A stretch of DNA of 59,521 nucleotides, counting the filler, from Thelocarpon superellum (Eukaryota), in NCBI GenBank assembly GCA_026025795.1. It is 3 parts of 3 records of this genome, joined end to end, with 100 filler letters (N's around TTAATTAATTAA, not from the genome) between each part and the next. Parts side by side here need not be neighbours in the genome. Positions count along the whole stretch, not along the records: positions 19,902 to 39,680 come from JAPEUG010000340.1; 2 more parts are not named here. One strand, 5' to 3'. Positions 25,190 through 36,474 of this stretch are shown in pieces. Within the stretch, counting starts at the first letter, position 1, and every line of letters begins with the position of its first letter. The notes under the pieces are model-generated. The model saw only the letters and a program-made list of their open reading frames with translations. It did no database searches and had not been told where the DNA came from. The position numbers and the translations under genes are program-made.

Positions 25190-28100
25190 AGACTAGAGCT
25201 AGAGAAGTTGATGGCTCTGGCTCTAGAGCAAGGAGGTTCTATTAACAGCCTTTATTAATCATTTTGACTGGTTGTAGCTATACACTTACTAGCCTCAGGT
25301 TCTAGTGCTTTACACAGGCATGAGCTTATACACTAGACAAGCATTGAGATTACATCGAATTCTGCATTGACACTAGTTCCACAATTTCATTGATATCTGA
25401 CACCTTCCTTTTTGCACACTTCTCTAGTTTAGTGTGTGTACAGCTCTCTCTCCAACACTGCATCTGTTTGCATAGCATCAATAAGACAAACAAGTTGTTC
25501 ATAGATGAATTTGTTTAGATAGAGTGGAATATCCTAAGCACAGAGATTGACCCTATTTGTTTCTTGTCAGAGGTGCACATCATGCAATCTGTAGTATGTA
25601 ATTTGCTTATGGGCACTAGGGTGATGAAGGTGAAAGGGATGTGGCTAGTGTTGAACCTAACACAAAAGGATGACTGGATTGAATGTGATGGGAAGACAGC
25701 AAAGATCAATACTTTCAAGCCAAAGACAAAGCAACTGGAAACCTGTCAGTCAAATCCAACAGTAAAGGCCATTACAACTGCTTTTGCAGACCTCACAATG
25801 AAAGAGCTTCTTCCTAAGGTAGATGATGCAGAGACAGTGCTAGATGATCTCCCATTTGAGATAGGACTGATAGACAAGTCATCTGAAATTTCTAATATTT
25901 CTGATAAGTGGCTAGCAGACATTAGCAGGAGGTTGTGTCAAACAATCTTGAGATTTACAAAGGGGCTATTCTCCAAGCTCCTAGGAATGTTCAACAACAA
26001 CATCGAAATGAGCATTCTGTTTGCCAATGAGTCCAACTTCCAAGGTTTGAAGCAAGCACCTTATTAGCATTCACCTTGGGCAAGGCAGGCAATGGATGCA
26101 ATCTTGAACCCCTTAGTGGAGCAGGGTTGGGTAGAGAGAGTTCTGCTTAGACACCCTTGCCTAGCTTCCTCCCTGGCATTTGTAGTGTGGAAGAGGAGCA
26201 AGGCAAGGGTTGTGGTTGACTTGAGAAGGGTCAACAAACACCTAGTTCCAAACACCTACCTGCTTCTGAAGCAGGATGACATTCTCAACACCCTGAAGGG
26301 GGTGATGATCTTTACTAGCCTGGATATCACTAAGGGCTTCTTCTAGCAGTGGATCCTTGAGGCAGATTGATAGAAGACAGCCTTTGTGACACATAGGGGA
26401 CTAGAGCAGCTGACTGTGTCAACAATGGGCTTGGCTACTTTCCCTAGCTTCTTTCAGGCACAGATGGAGACTCTATTCTAAGGAATCCTGCACAACTTTG
26501 TGGAAGTCTACATCAATGACATCTTGATCTTTTCACAATCCCTAGAGGCACACATTCAACACCTTAAGGAAGTTCTCAGGCAATTGCAAGAGATTGGGGT
26601 GACTCTTGCCCTGTCTAAAAGCTTCTTCACATTCAAATCAGTTCAACTTCTAGGGCATTGAGTGTCTTGCTTAGGTTATACAACTCTGGACAACAAGACA
26701 GAAGCAATAAGAGCCTTGAAATTCCCTTCCTCCCTCCATGAGCTCAAGACAGGTCTAGGTCTTTTCAGATACTACTGTAAATTTGTTCCAGGGTACTCAG
26801 CAATCACAGAACCACTCCAGAGGCTCAAGACAACCAGCTTCTGTGACACACCTCAAAAGGGAGCTGAGAGAAGGAGGCATGCTGAGATATATAAGCTTCC
26901 ACAATCCCTCAAGTGCCTAGAAGTGTGGGAAAAGCTCAAACACTAGTTGTGTAATCCCCCAACCCTCACATACCCTGATTTCACAAGACTGTTCATCCTG
27001 TACATAGACAGATCAAAGGAGAGGGGTTTTGGGGCAGCCTTGCACTAGAAAGGAGGAGATGGAACAGACATCGAAAGGCTACTCCTCTTTCTCTCAAAGT
27101 CATTGTCGCAATGGGAAGCCAACTACAGGGCAACAGAACTTGAGGCTACCACTCTAGTCTAGACACTGAAAAAGATTCCACAGTTCACAGACAGCACAGA
27201 CCTAACAGTTCACATGGACTATGCTGCATTGCACTAGGTGGTTGACAAGGCAAGAGAAGGATCAAGAAACAATCATCTTATCACATAGGTATTGTTCCTT
27301 TCCAAATACCCTAACATGACCATCAGACACTGACTAGGAATGGCACAAGCGCATGCAGATGTGCTATTGAGGCTCCCTATAGCTGAGACACTCATTCTCA
27401 CAGTGCTGATGATGAAACCAGAGCTGAAGGAGGAGATTTTGAGTGTGACAAAGGTTGATCCACACTATTGAGTTATCCTAGAGGCCTTAGCAAAACTCCT
27501 AGTGGATGTGATCAAGGGACTAACTGACTACCATGGATTCTGCTAGGAGGATGGCCTACTTTGCCTTGTGGTGAAAGGACTAGATAGACACCTATCAACA
27601 GAAAGTCAAATCTGTGTGCCCTTAAGTGCCATGGAGCAATTTCTTCAAAGTGCTTATAACAAACATGCACACTAGGGACCACAAAAGACATACAAGCAAC
27701 TGTGGTGAGACATCTATTGCCAGAATCTCAAGAAGACTGTGGAGTTGTATTGCATGTCCTGCCCTGCATGTCAGCTTTCAAAGCTGTCCTATCACCTCCC
27801 CTATGGCTGTTTGCAGCCAATTTTAACCCCTCTGCATCCCTTTGTGACACTCTCTCTAGATTTTGTCACAGGCTTGCCCAAATCTATTTCTTTGTTTGAT
27901 TGCATCCTATTAGTTATAGACAAGTTCTCAAAGGGTGTCAAGTTGATTCCAGGCCTAACTACATGGTTGGCAAGGGACTGGGCTACACTGTTTTTTAACA
28001 GAGTGATCTGTAATTAGGGATTACCTCAAGCCCTTGTTTCAGACAGAGACCCCAAGTTCATGTCCCTGTTCTAGAAGTTGTTGTTTAAGCACATAGGGAC

Positions 28101-28905
28101 CAAGTTGTGCTATACCTTGTCATACCACCCCTCAGCCAATAGACAGGTAGAAAATTCAAACCACACAATGGAGGTGGCCCTGCACTGTCTACTAGTTGGT
28201 TCTTACAAACTGCAATAGGAGCAGCGCTTACTGGAGGTGGAGTACACAATCAACACTTCTGTTCATGTAGTGACAAAGACAACACCTTTTAAGGTGATGT
28301 ACAGCATCAGACATCACATAGGGATTGGTGGAGAGAAGAGCACCCTAGGATTGGTCAAGGACTTCTCAAAGTGCTAGGAAAGAATCTGCTCCCAAGTTGA
28401 AGATGCACTCTCAATGACCCAAGCCTGAATGGCCTTCTATTTTGACAAACACCACAATCCATGTGAACTAAAAGGTATAGTATACATCAGAATGGCCAAA
28501 GGGATTAAGGAAGGGTATCAACTGCCTAACAGCACAAAGCTGTCAGTCACTCAATCAGGGCTGTTCTGGATCAAACAACAGAGAGGACCTTTCACATACA
28601 AATTGGAACTTCTACAAGATATGAAGATTCACCTAGTCATTTCAGCAATACACCTTGAGCAAGCTGAGACCAACCAGTGGAACTGACACATCCCTTGACC
28701 TACACCAATTGTCATCTCAGGCCAGGATAGATACCTGGTCCATCAAATCATGCAAAAGGAGAAACAAGGGAATCACTAGATGTATTTGGTGCAGTATGAA
28801 GGGTTTGAAGAGCCAGAGTGGCAACAGGTGTCTTCACTCAAGAAAGATGTACCACAGCTAGTCAAAGAATTCAAGTGTTCCCTCCAAGAGTGACTAGAGA
28901 GCTAG
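25180..28905 (+). pseudogene. pol: pol (protease, RT, RNase H, integrase, chromodomain), -1 frame relative to gag, multiple premature stops
   Basis: PR FCIDTSS (from DTG, about 25369); RT VVVDLRRVN, LDITKGFF, VYINDILIFS (from YIDD); RH FILYIDRSKERGFGAAL, NYRATELE; IN H*G...CPACQ, LSLDFVTGLP, SDRDPKF, YHPSANRQVE; GPY/F-like KIHLVISAIHLE; chromodomain YLVHQIMQK...YLVQYEGFEEPEW. The 3' end is approximate. Confidence 0.93.
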
Positions 28906-29106
28906 GGGACCCAGCAGAATTCCATTTCAACAGTGGTGAATCTGTTTGTCCAACTCCTTCATTCCATACACCAATCCAGTACACTACCCCAACCTTTTTC
29001 CACCCTCACTCCATCCTCTGACTTCTTCTCACCTCTATTAAACCACTCCTCCCTCAAGTTATGTCTACAACTTGACCACTTCTGTTACCCCTGCCCAAAC
29101 ACAGCT

Positions 29107-30672
29107 ATGGCTGACTGCAAGGGCTCATTTCCATACTTTGTCAACATCTTTGAGCTCCTTGACATCAAGAGAAGTGTAACAACAGCTGAAATCAGCAGGG
29201 CCCTCACTCAGTCAACTCTGAAATATCATCTAGACAAGCAGACCAACACAACAGACACTGAGAAGGAGCTGGTGGAGGAAAAGATCCAAGAACTCAACCA
29301 TGTCTGTAGCATAGTCACAAACACATGGAAGTGGACAAACTATCAGAGGCAGCACCACCATGAGATAGACACCTTCTTCCATTTGAAGAAAGAACAGCTA
29401 CAAGCTGCAGAAGAGGCCAAACAACAAGCTGCTTAGGCATAGTGCAAGGTAGAAGAAGCAGAGTGTGAGTGCCTTGCAGAGGCTGCCTGCACAGCAGAAG
29501 CAGAGGCAGCAGAAGCTGCCCACACAGCAGAGGCAGAAGCAGCAGAGGCTGCCCACACAGCAGAAGCAGAAGTGGCAGAAGCTGAGCATTTGGCAGCAAT
29601 CTGTGAGAAAGAAGAGCACTAGTGAAAGAAGGACAAGGAGCAGTGTCATCTGTTCAAACAATACATCTCACTAGAGGAAGAAGTTAATAGGGTGAAAAAG
29701 GAACTAGAAAGACTAGAGGATGTCTGTCTAGCAGAAATCGCAGCAGCAAAAGAGAAAGCTGCAAAACTTCAACAAGACACTGAGTTGGTCCATTGCACAT
29801 GGACAGAGCAGGCACACCTGTCCAACAAGCCCTCTGACACAGAACAGAACAAGTGAAACAAGCATGACAGCCACACCCCCCTACATAGCCTTGACAACAC
29901 ATGTCAGGCTTGCTAGGCACTAGAGCCAGGTCCTCCCTAAGAGGAGACACCACAACAACCTGCTTGACAAAACCCTGTCAAGCAGCCCTCAACCCTGCTC
30001 ACAGACCCCACCTCACTCAACAGCATGAAGCCTAGGTCAAAGCTTGGTAAGAAGTCAAAGGGAGTTACAGATGGCATCCTGATTGGTTAGTACACAACAG
30101 ACTCTGACCCAAAGTGTGTCATATATGCAGGATTTGGGATAAAGGGACAGCTTCTACAACACCTTTCAAACCTGTCCAACAACAGCACAGTCATTCCAGA
30201 CAAGGGCTGTAATGGCAAAACCAGAGCTTTGGTTAGACAGGACAAAGTCATCTACTTCAACCAATTCAAAGGCACATCAGAGGACATGTTGGTGGAAGGA
30301 GATTTTGTGTTTGAGGCCCTGAAGCAGAAGGGTTGCACAAGTGGATGGGGATGGTCATCTTACTTAGAGATGAGGAATGATCCACAACACTGAGTAAGGG
30401 GCAGAGCAAAGCACAAGCAGGGCTCGAGCACAGAGGATTCAGGCGCCTACAACACTTTCAAGGAAAGCAACATCAACAAGTGTCAAGAATGAGTCCAGTC
30501 AATCCTCAGACACATCGACAAGGCCTGGAATACCATACAGCCAAAGGCCACAACAATTAACAAGCTGGGAGACACTACAGTGGACATGATCCAACATCAC
30601 TCAAACAAAGTCATCAAAGAGATATGAAGGATGCTTGCCAACATTGATGCTGACATCCAAGCCATCTGGTAG
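29107..30672 (+). pseudogene. Third (accessory) ORF of the retrotransposon: J-domain + Ala/Glu-rich helical repeat + unassigned C-terminal region
   Basis: One unbroken frame of about 520 codons interrupted only by stops explainable as C-to-T or G-to-A changes. N-terminus NIFELLDIKRSVTTAEISRALTQSTLKYHLDK...EEKIQELNHVCSIVTNTWKWTNY fits the J-domain pattern (YELLGV...A...EIKKAY...ALKYHPDK...EKF.EI..AY.IL.D..KR..YD). The 3' end is approximate. Confidence 0.82.
29476..29583 (+). repeat. Three 33-bp coding repeats plus a partial unit (ancestral approx. AEAARAAEAEA)
   Basis: Read directly within ORF3; copies differ by tgc/cac at a presumed ancestral cgc codon. Confidence 0.85.
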
Positions 30673-30755
30673 CTACCAGCACTTCTGCCATCTCAACCAC
30701 CACCACCTCACCTTCATTTCAATCAGGCGAGGACACAGATGTCCTCAATTGCGTT

Positions 30756-30764
30756 GGGGGGAGA
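30756..30764 (+). promoter_or_regulatory. Polypurine tract
   Basis: GGGGGGAGA immediately 5' of the 3' LTR. Confidence 0.85.
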
Positions 30765-30895
30765 TGTCAGGATTGCAGGTCACGTGGACTGCCACGTGAC
30801 CCCTCAGCTCATACAACTAGCAAGTTCGCTCTAGCTTAGCTAGTTAGACAATACAATCACTAGCTTCTACCTGAATAAAGGCCGAGAGCCTGACA
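30765..30895 (+). repeat. 3' LTR (131 bp)
   Basis: Direct repeat of 22863-22993, followed by TSD GAGCG. Confidence 0.97.
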
Positions 30896-32684
30896 GAGCG
30901 GATCCATGGACATGGATAGGCCGGCGTGTTGCGAGATAAGATCCACGACCACGTCCGCATCGAGACCCACCGACTCCCACTCCTCCAGCGGCCCGAGCCA
31001 CGGTCCATCCAGCTCTACCAAAGTCCTCGACCCCACATTCCCTCTTCCGACCCCACACCTTCCGTGCACGCGTCATCTTCATCGTCGGTATGGAGGGATC
31101 GGGCCAGGTTTGCCCTCGTCACTCGAATAGACTTTCTGCTTAATGTTCTGTAAGCTGTTCTTGCGCCCTGGTAGCCGCGCTCCTAGACCTTCCCCAGTCT
31201 TGGCATCTGGGGTCCGCCATGCTCAACCTCCTTCCGGTGTTTGCATTTGCGCGGAGACAAGAGCCCCGTGCTCGTCGCCTTCCGTTAGTCCACCAGCGGC
31301 AGAATTGTGATGAGGCATTGAGGACGACAGGCGGCCGGTCACCACGGACATCCGTCTTGCCGTGTGCGGCAGGACCGCAAGACCGCAGGTCAACGACGCG
31401 ATCGGTGGACGGTGGATGATGGCGTGAACGTATGCCCGAATGAGGATGGACGACGGGATAATGCTCCGAACGATTGTCGCGTCTCCGACTCGTCGTCGGG
31501 CACGAGACTGCCGATCGCTTCGGGTGATCCACGGCTGAAACGCGGGGTACCTGGCGACTCGTCGACTCGGTGACCCGAACGTACTCGGACGAAGTACTTC
31601 CTACTACTGGGTACAGCAATTCCCGGCCAGACAAGGCCGCGCCTCTTGTGCTGATAGACGGACCTACCCGAGCGATCGTCCGCGCATGGAAGTCACAAGT
31701 CGTAGACACGGCGGCTGTGGGTGAAACATCTTGCCCATTTCATCCCCCATGAGACAGGCAGGTCGCATGTAGCAGAGTGACGTCTCCAACGCCAGACATA
31801 TCGACCCGCACTCCTGCATGATGCAGTGCGTGATGCATCGTGCGTCTTACGTGTCCTGTCATCACCACATACATAGCATAGACATGTGTGGTCTACTATG
31901 ACGAGCGCGCTTGGAAGAGCCATGGCGGTCACAACGGGGATGCCTCATCGGGTGCTCCTTGAGCAACGGGAGGGAGATTGGCCTCGACCCGATGTGAGCC
32001 TCGTCCGCCTACCGTCAGCGTGAGGATGACGGGCCTGCCTTCTTCTCGGAGATGACGTCTCCTTATCTATCCACGGGCCGGCGGACCCTCGAACTGTGGC
32101 GTTTGCGGGATTAGTGGGTCTGGCGTCCGGAGCAGACGGTGAGGTTGGCACTCCCCAAGTGGAGCAGACCGTAAGGCCATCTTCGTGGGCACCGCCGAAT
32201 TGGGGCTTTGGGCGACGAGATTTCTAGGGTTCGGGGCGGTGACTGTTGGCGACAACCGTGGGACTGTAGTCGGGCGCCGCCCGAGCGAACCACGACGCGG
32301 GGCTGCAATGTTTACCCCGTCGCATTGGTCAACTTTGAGTAACGAATTGCTTTTTCCCTCGGAGCGGAGCGGTTCCTGACTCATTATTCCGCCCAAGAAA
32401 GGTGACTACACCGCTGGTACCGTCGGGACCATGGTACCCAATTCCCGTCTTCGGTTACGCCATCTTGCGTCAGATACTCGCAGTCCGCAAGAGCGCTGTG
32501 GACTACACCGTGCTACCCCACCACTACTGTGGTAGGCTCGGACGCCGCGGGGTTGGCGGTGCGGTTGGGCCTCCGCCTCCCCCTTCTGGCGCGCGTTGCG
32601 TAAGGTCGTCCACTGTTACGACCAGTAGCACCAGTCCTGAGAACTACTTTGTACTTAAAAAATTAGGTAGACAGACGGGCCAGC

Positions 32685-32732
32685 CGTGCAGTTGCAGGTG
32701 CAGGTGCAGTGCAGGTGCAGGTGCAGGTGCAG
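32685..32732. repeat. Hexanucleotide microsatellite (gtgcag)n, imperfect
   Basis: Read directly. Confidence 0.8.
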
Positions 32733-33763
32733 GACGAACGTGCCGAACGGCCCACACAGAGCATGACATGTGCACGTCTCGGCCTCGTATCCACCTTGTC
32801 CCCGTCGCTCGTTCAAGTCGTCCCACCGACCAGAAGATCTGATCGCCGCGTTCGCATCCTTGAACCGTGGGCCCTCCGCTCCCCAGCACGGGGCCAGCAC
32901 TGGGTCTCCTCGGGCAACAGAATGCTGGATCCTCCGGCCTCCGTAGTCCGTAGCTGCTCACTAAGCCGCGAGTCGGGGCGGCACCTGTAAGAAAAACATA
33001 CTATGTTAAGTAGAGTAGTACCGTGTTACTCGCACAGGTAACATAGTAATATGGACCACCAGCGCCGCTGACGGGAACGCGAATCGCTGTCCACGTGGTC
33101 ATCATCTCAAACTTTTTGCGGTGGCCGGACTATTATGTCATGGGAATCGCCCCCTCCGCCCCGCCGCCATTGTCTCCGTCGCGGCGTCGACGCCTATCGC
33201 CGGCTCAGGACGGCGCGTCATGGCCCTGACCGGACGCAACAGAACGGCGACAGCGCCGGCAAACGGGCACGACAGACCATGGGACCGCTTCGTAATTTGC
33301 CCGGGACAGGCTCGTTGTCATCGCGGCAGCTCCACCGCGGCGCCAGACTAGTACAGATTGCGAACACAGATGGTGGGGATGTGTTATATACAGCGCCTCC
33401 AAGTACCGACCTGCGCCGGGGCCCTCGATTGACCGTCCGAGTTTCACCCCGCTCATCATTATTCTGCACCCTCCACGCTTCCTGCGGCCATTCTGTCCGG
33501 CGCTGCCCCAGCGTCCAGCGTCCAGCGTCCAAATCACCTCAGCTTGGCCGGGTGGCCCACCCCTGGACCGCTCGATCGTCGCCCGTTGGTCTGTGCTTCT
33601 GCACCTCCCTCCTTCCTGCCTGGCACCCACCCCCGTCGCTCGTCGCCCGTCGCGACGCCTCACTCTGCGCGAGGCTGCCGCCACTCCTCGAGCGTCGACC
33701 AGCGTCAGCCGGGCACCCTCCCACCACGCTCCGAATATTTAGTCGTGCAGCGCCAGCGTCAAC

Positions 33764-35790
33764 ATGTCGCGCAGCAAAGCCCCCAGCGCCCACCCGCCAC
33801 CCACCTGCACCGTCGCGGCCGAGAGCCCCTCCTCCTCGCGCACTCCGTCACCCTCGCGGTCCTCGCGGTCCTCGCTCGACCGTCGACGAAGCCAGCGGCC
33901 CTCTTTCTCCTCCGTCAAAGAGGACGACTCGGGCGTGGCACAGTCGTTCGTCGAGTCCCGCGAATCCTCCTTCTACCCCCTCACCCGCTCCGTCACCCAC
34001 GACGACGTCGCCCGTGGCGACGCGGATCCCGCCACCGTGGCGACCACGTTGGCCATTCAGTCGCCCAGCTTCTGCTTTCCATGCGGCTGCTTCAAGGAAT
34101 GGAAGGGCATCAAGCTCCGCGGCACCGGCCTCAGCAAGAGCAAGAGCTCGAGTGACCTGCGCCTGCTGACCGGCCATGACCGTCGCAGCTGGGACGCCAC
34201 GGCCGCCTCGACGCCGCGCGCCCCGGAGAAGATCGCACCGGCGGAGCGAGCCCTTTATGCGCCGGGAAAGTCACCGTTGGAGCGACTACCGATCGAAATC
34301 CTTGGTGAGTTGGCCGGATGCATCTCCCGCCTGTTTCCCTCGACGCCTGACTTAGACATATTGGTGCAGATGAGATCCTCCCGCGATTGGTGTTGGACGT
34401 GCCGCCACAGGGCTATAGCCACCGCAACATCGATCTGATCTCGTGCCTCTTGACCTCGCGCACCCTGCACGCAGTCACCCTGATGACCCTGTACCGTAAC
34501 ATCACCCTGCCGCACTCCATCATCTTTTCCAAGTTCCTCACGCACATTGCCGACCATCCGGCCCTGGGCACGGTGGTCCGACGACTGGACTTTTCCCATT
34601 TCAGCTCCGTGGGCTTGGGACGCACGCGGCGCATGAACTCAGAATTGCAGATGGTCACGGCCGCGACGCTGTTGGCCTGTCTGCAGCTGACCCCGCGCCT
34701 GCGCGAGTTCCTGGTGCAGGAACACCTCGACGACGATCTCGACGAATTGGTCCTCACCAAGTTATTCTGCGACCTGCCCAACCTGCAAGCCGTCGACTTC
34801 TGCGCCGCCTCCTCCTCGGCCTTCAAGAACGCCATGAGCACGGTGCTGAGCCGGAGCAACGCCCGCTTATCCGCCACCATGCCCCTCCGACGCGTGAGCT
34901 TCCATGAATGCACGACCTTGCCCGCCGCGGTGTTCGAGACGCTCCTCGCACGTCTGCCAGGCCTCACCCATCTGGATGTCGGACACACGCAGATGACGGA
35001 CACGGCCTTATTCGCCATCTCGCCGCACGCGCGCCTGACCCACCTGAATCTCAGCCGATGCACCTGGCTGACGGGGCCACGGGTGGTGGACTTCCTCACG
35101 ACGCATCCCGCTGCGACGACGTCGCTGGTCTACCTCAACCTCCAGGCGGAGATTGCGCGCCACCGGCTCTTGGCGCAAGAGGACGTGGAGCGGCTGTTGC
35201 CACGACTTCCCGCCCCCTTACGCGCGCTGAATGTGAGCGGGGCCAAGATCGTGAGCGCCCATCTCGGGCTGATCCTCCCCCTCACCAAGAACCTGGATGA
35301 GCTCAGCCTGGGTTTCGCCGAGCTGTCGATCGATGATCTCAATCGTCTCTTCACCCCTGCCACCGCGACGGCCACGATGGCGGATGACCGTAGCGGGGTC
35401 TTGTCTAAGGAGGAGCGCGAGTGGGTTGCCCCCGCCCTGCGCTACCTCGACCTCACGGGCGTACCGGCGCTCACGCCCGGCAAGATGCTGTCGACCTCGT
35501 GTCTCCTGCTCCGACCATACACGCAACCTTTGGAGGTCCTCGAGCTGGGCGAGAAGGTCATCGCAGGCCTCCGCGACCGTCCGGCGTCGAGCCGACGACT
35601 GGGATGGGTCCTCAAGGAGTTTGGGCGTCGGGGCTGGCTGGTGCGTGAGCCATCGTCCGACGCATCGCTCCCGCGCGACAACAGCCGGCGTGCGTGGAAG
35701 ATGGGGGCCAAGGGATGGGGCATGCGCAAGATTCCCGTCACCTCGGGTGAGGTCGGGGGTCTCTATGGTCATTACATGTTCAAAAAGTGA
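33764..35790 (+). CDS. F-box-like + leucine-rich-repeat protein
   Basis: Exons 33764-34304 and 34370-35790. F-box-like SPLERLPIEIL|DEIL...DLISCLLTSRTLH...LYRNI; LRR-like LTHLDVGHTQMTD, LTHLNLSRC, LRALNVSG, LRYLDLTGV. Confidence 0.85.
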
Positions 35791-36474
35791 TGCATCTTCT
35801 CGCGTGGGCATGGGTATGGGCACGGGCATGGGAGGCATATCCAAAAGTTTCGACATTGCTCACACCGAGCCCGAGCCGGAGTCGGATGGGCGGAGTCTCG
35901 GCCCTTTTTAGCATACTATTGACCGGCTAGTCACTTGACTCATTCATCTCAGGGAGAGATATGCAGGAAGTCATGAGAAGTTCCCTCTTCGCTCAGGACA
36001 GGAACTGGAGCACTATGGAGTTTAACGACACAGATATCTTTCATAGCGGAGGGCGCCTCAAAGACGCAGAGGGATCGCAGTCGGTGGTAATAGTACTGGG
36101 GGCGCTCCAACATCACAGGGCTCTTCAAATGAACCGGGGGCTCCTCCGTACGACCATCCAGCCGCTTACTAATTACGTACCACGTACTTCGTACTCCCGT
36201 ACTCCCGTACTTGTACCACCGCAGACATGAGAACGAGCCAATCAGATGATGCCGCTCGCCAAGTGGACCGATCGACGGCTCTCTCCATCGTTGCCTCGTC
36301 ACCGTCATGCAGCCGCGTATGCCCGGTCAACGGCGTTGACGGCCCTCGTCTTCTCACGACATCTCCATCCTCCGTCGCCCATCGGGCACGATCCGCGGGT
36401 CCTCTCAGAGAGATCATTTACACCTCGGGCGCGAACCAAGCCTGGTCGGGATCGCAACGTCCACCCTCGCCGTC

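Larger units (their letters stand above)
22863..30895 (+). mobile_element. Full-length Ty3/Gypsy (chromodomain-containing) LTR retrotransposon, 8033 bp, inactivated by C-to-T hypermutation, with an extra ORF
   Basis: 131-bp direct LTRs with TGTCAGG...CCTGACA termini; 5-bp TSD GAGCG (22858-22862 and 30896-30900); PBS-like and PPT sites; domain order gag-PR-RT-RH-IN-CHD; abrupt drop in GC and CpG relative to the flanks. Confidence 0.97.

Noticed and set aside
29107..30672. ORF3 as an env gene or as an independent host DnaJ gene
   Set aside because: It has no signal peptide or TM segment for env. It lies inside the LTR/TSD boundaries, lacks introns and shares the element's mutation pattern.
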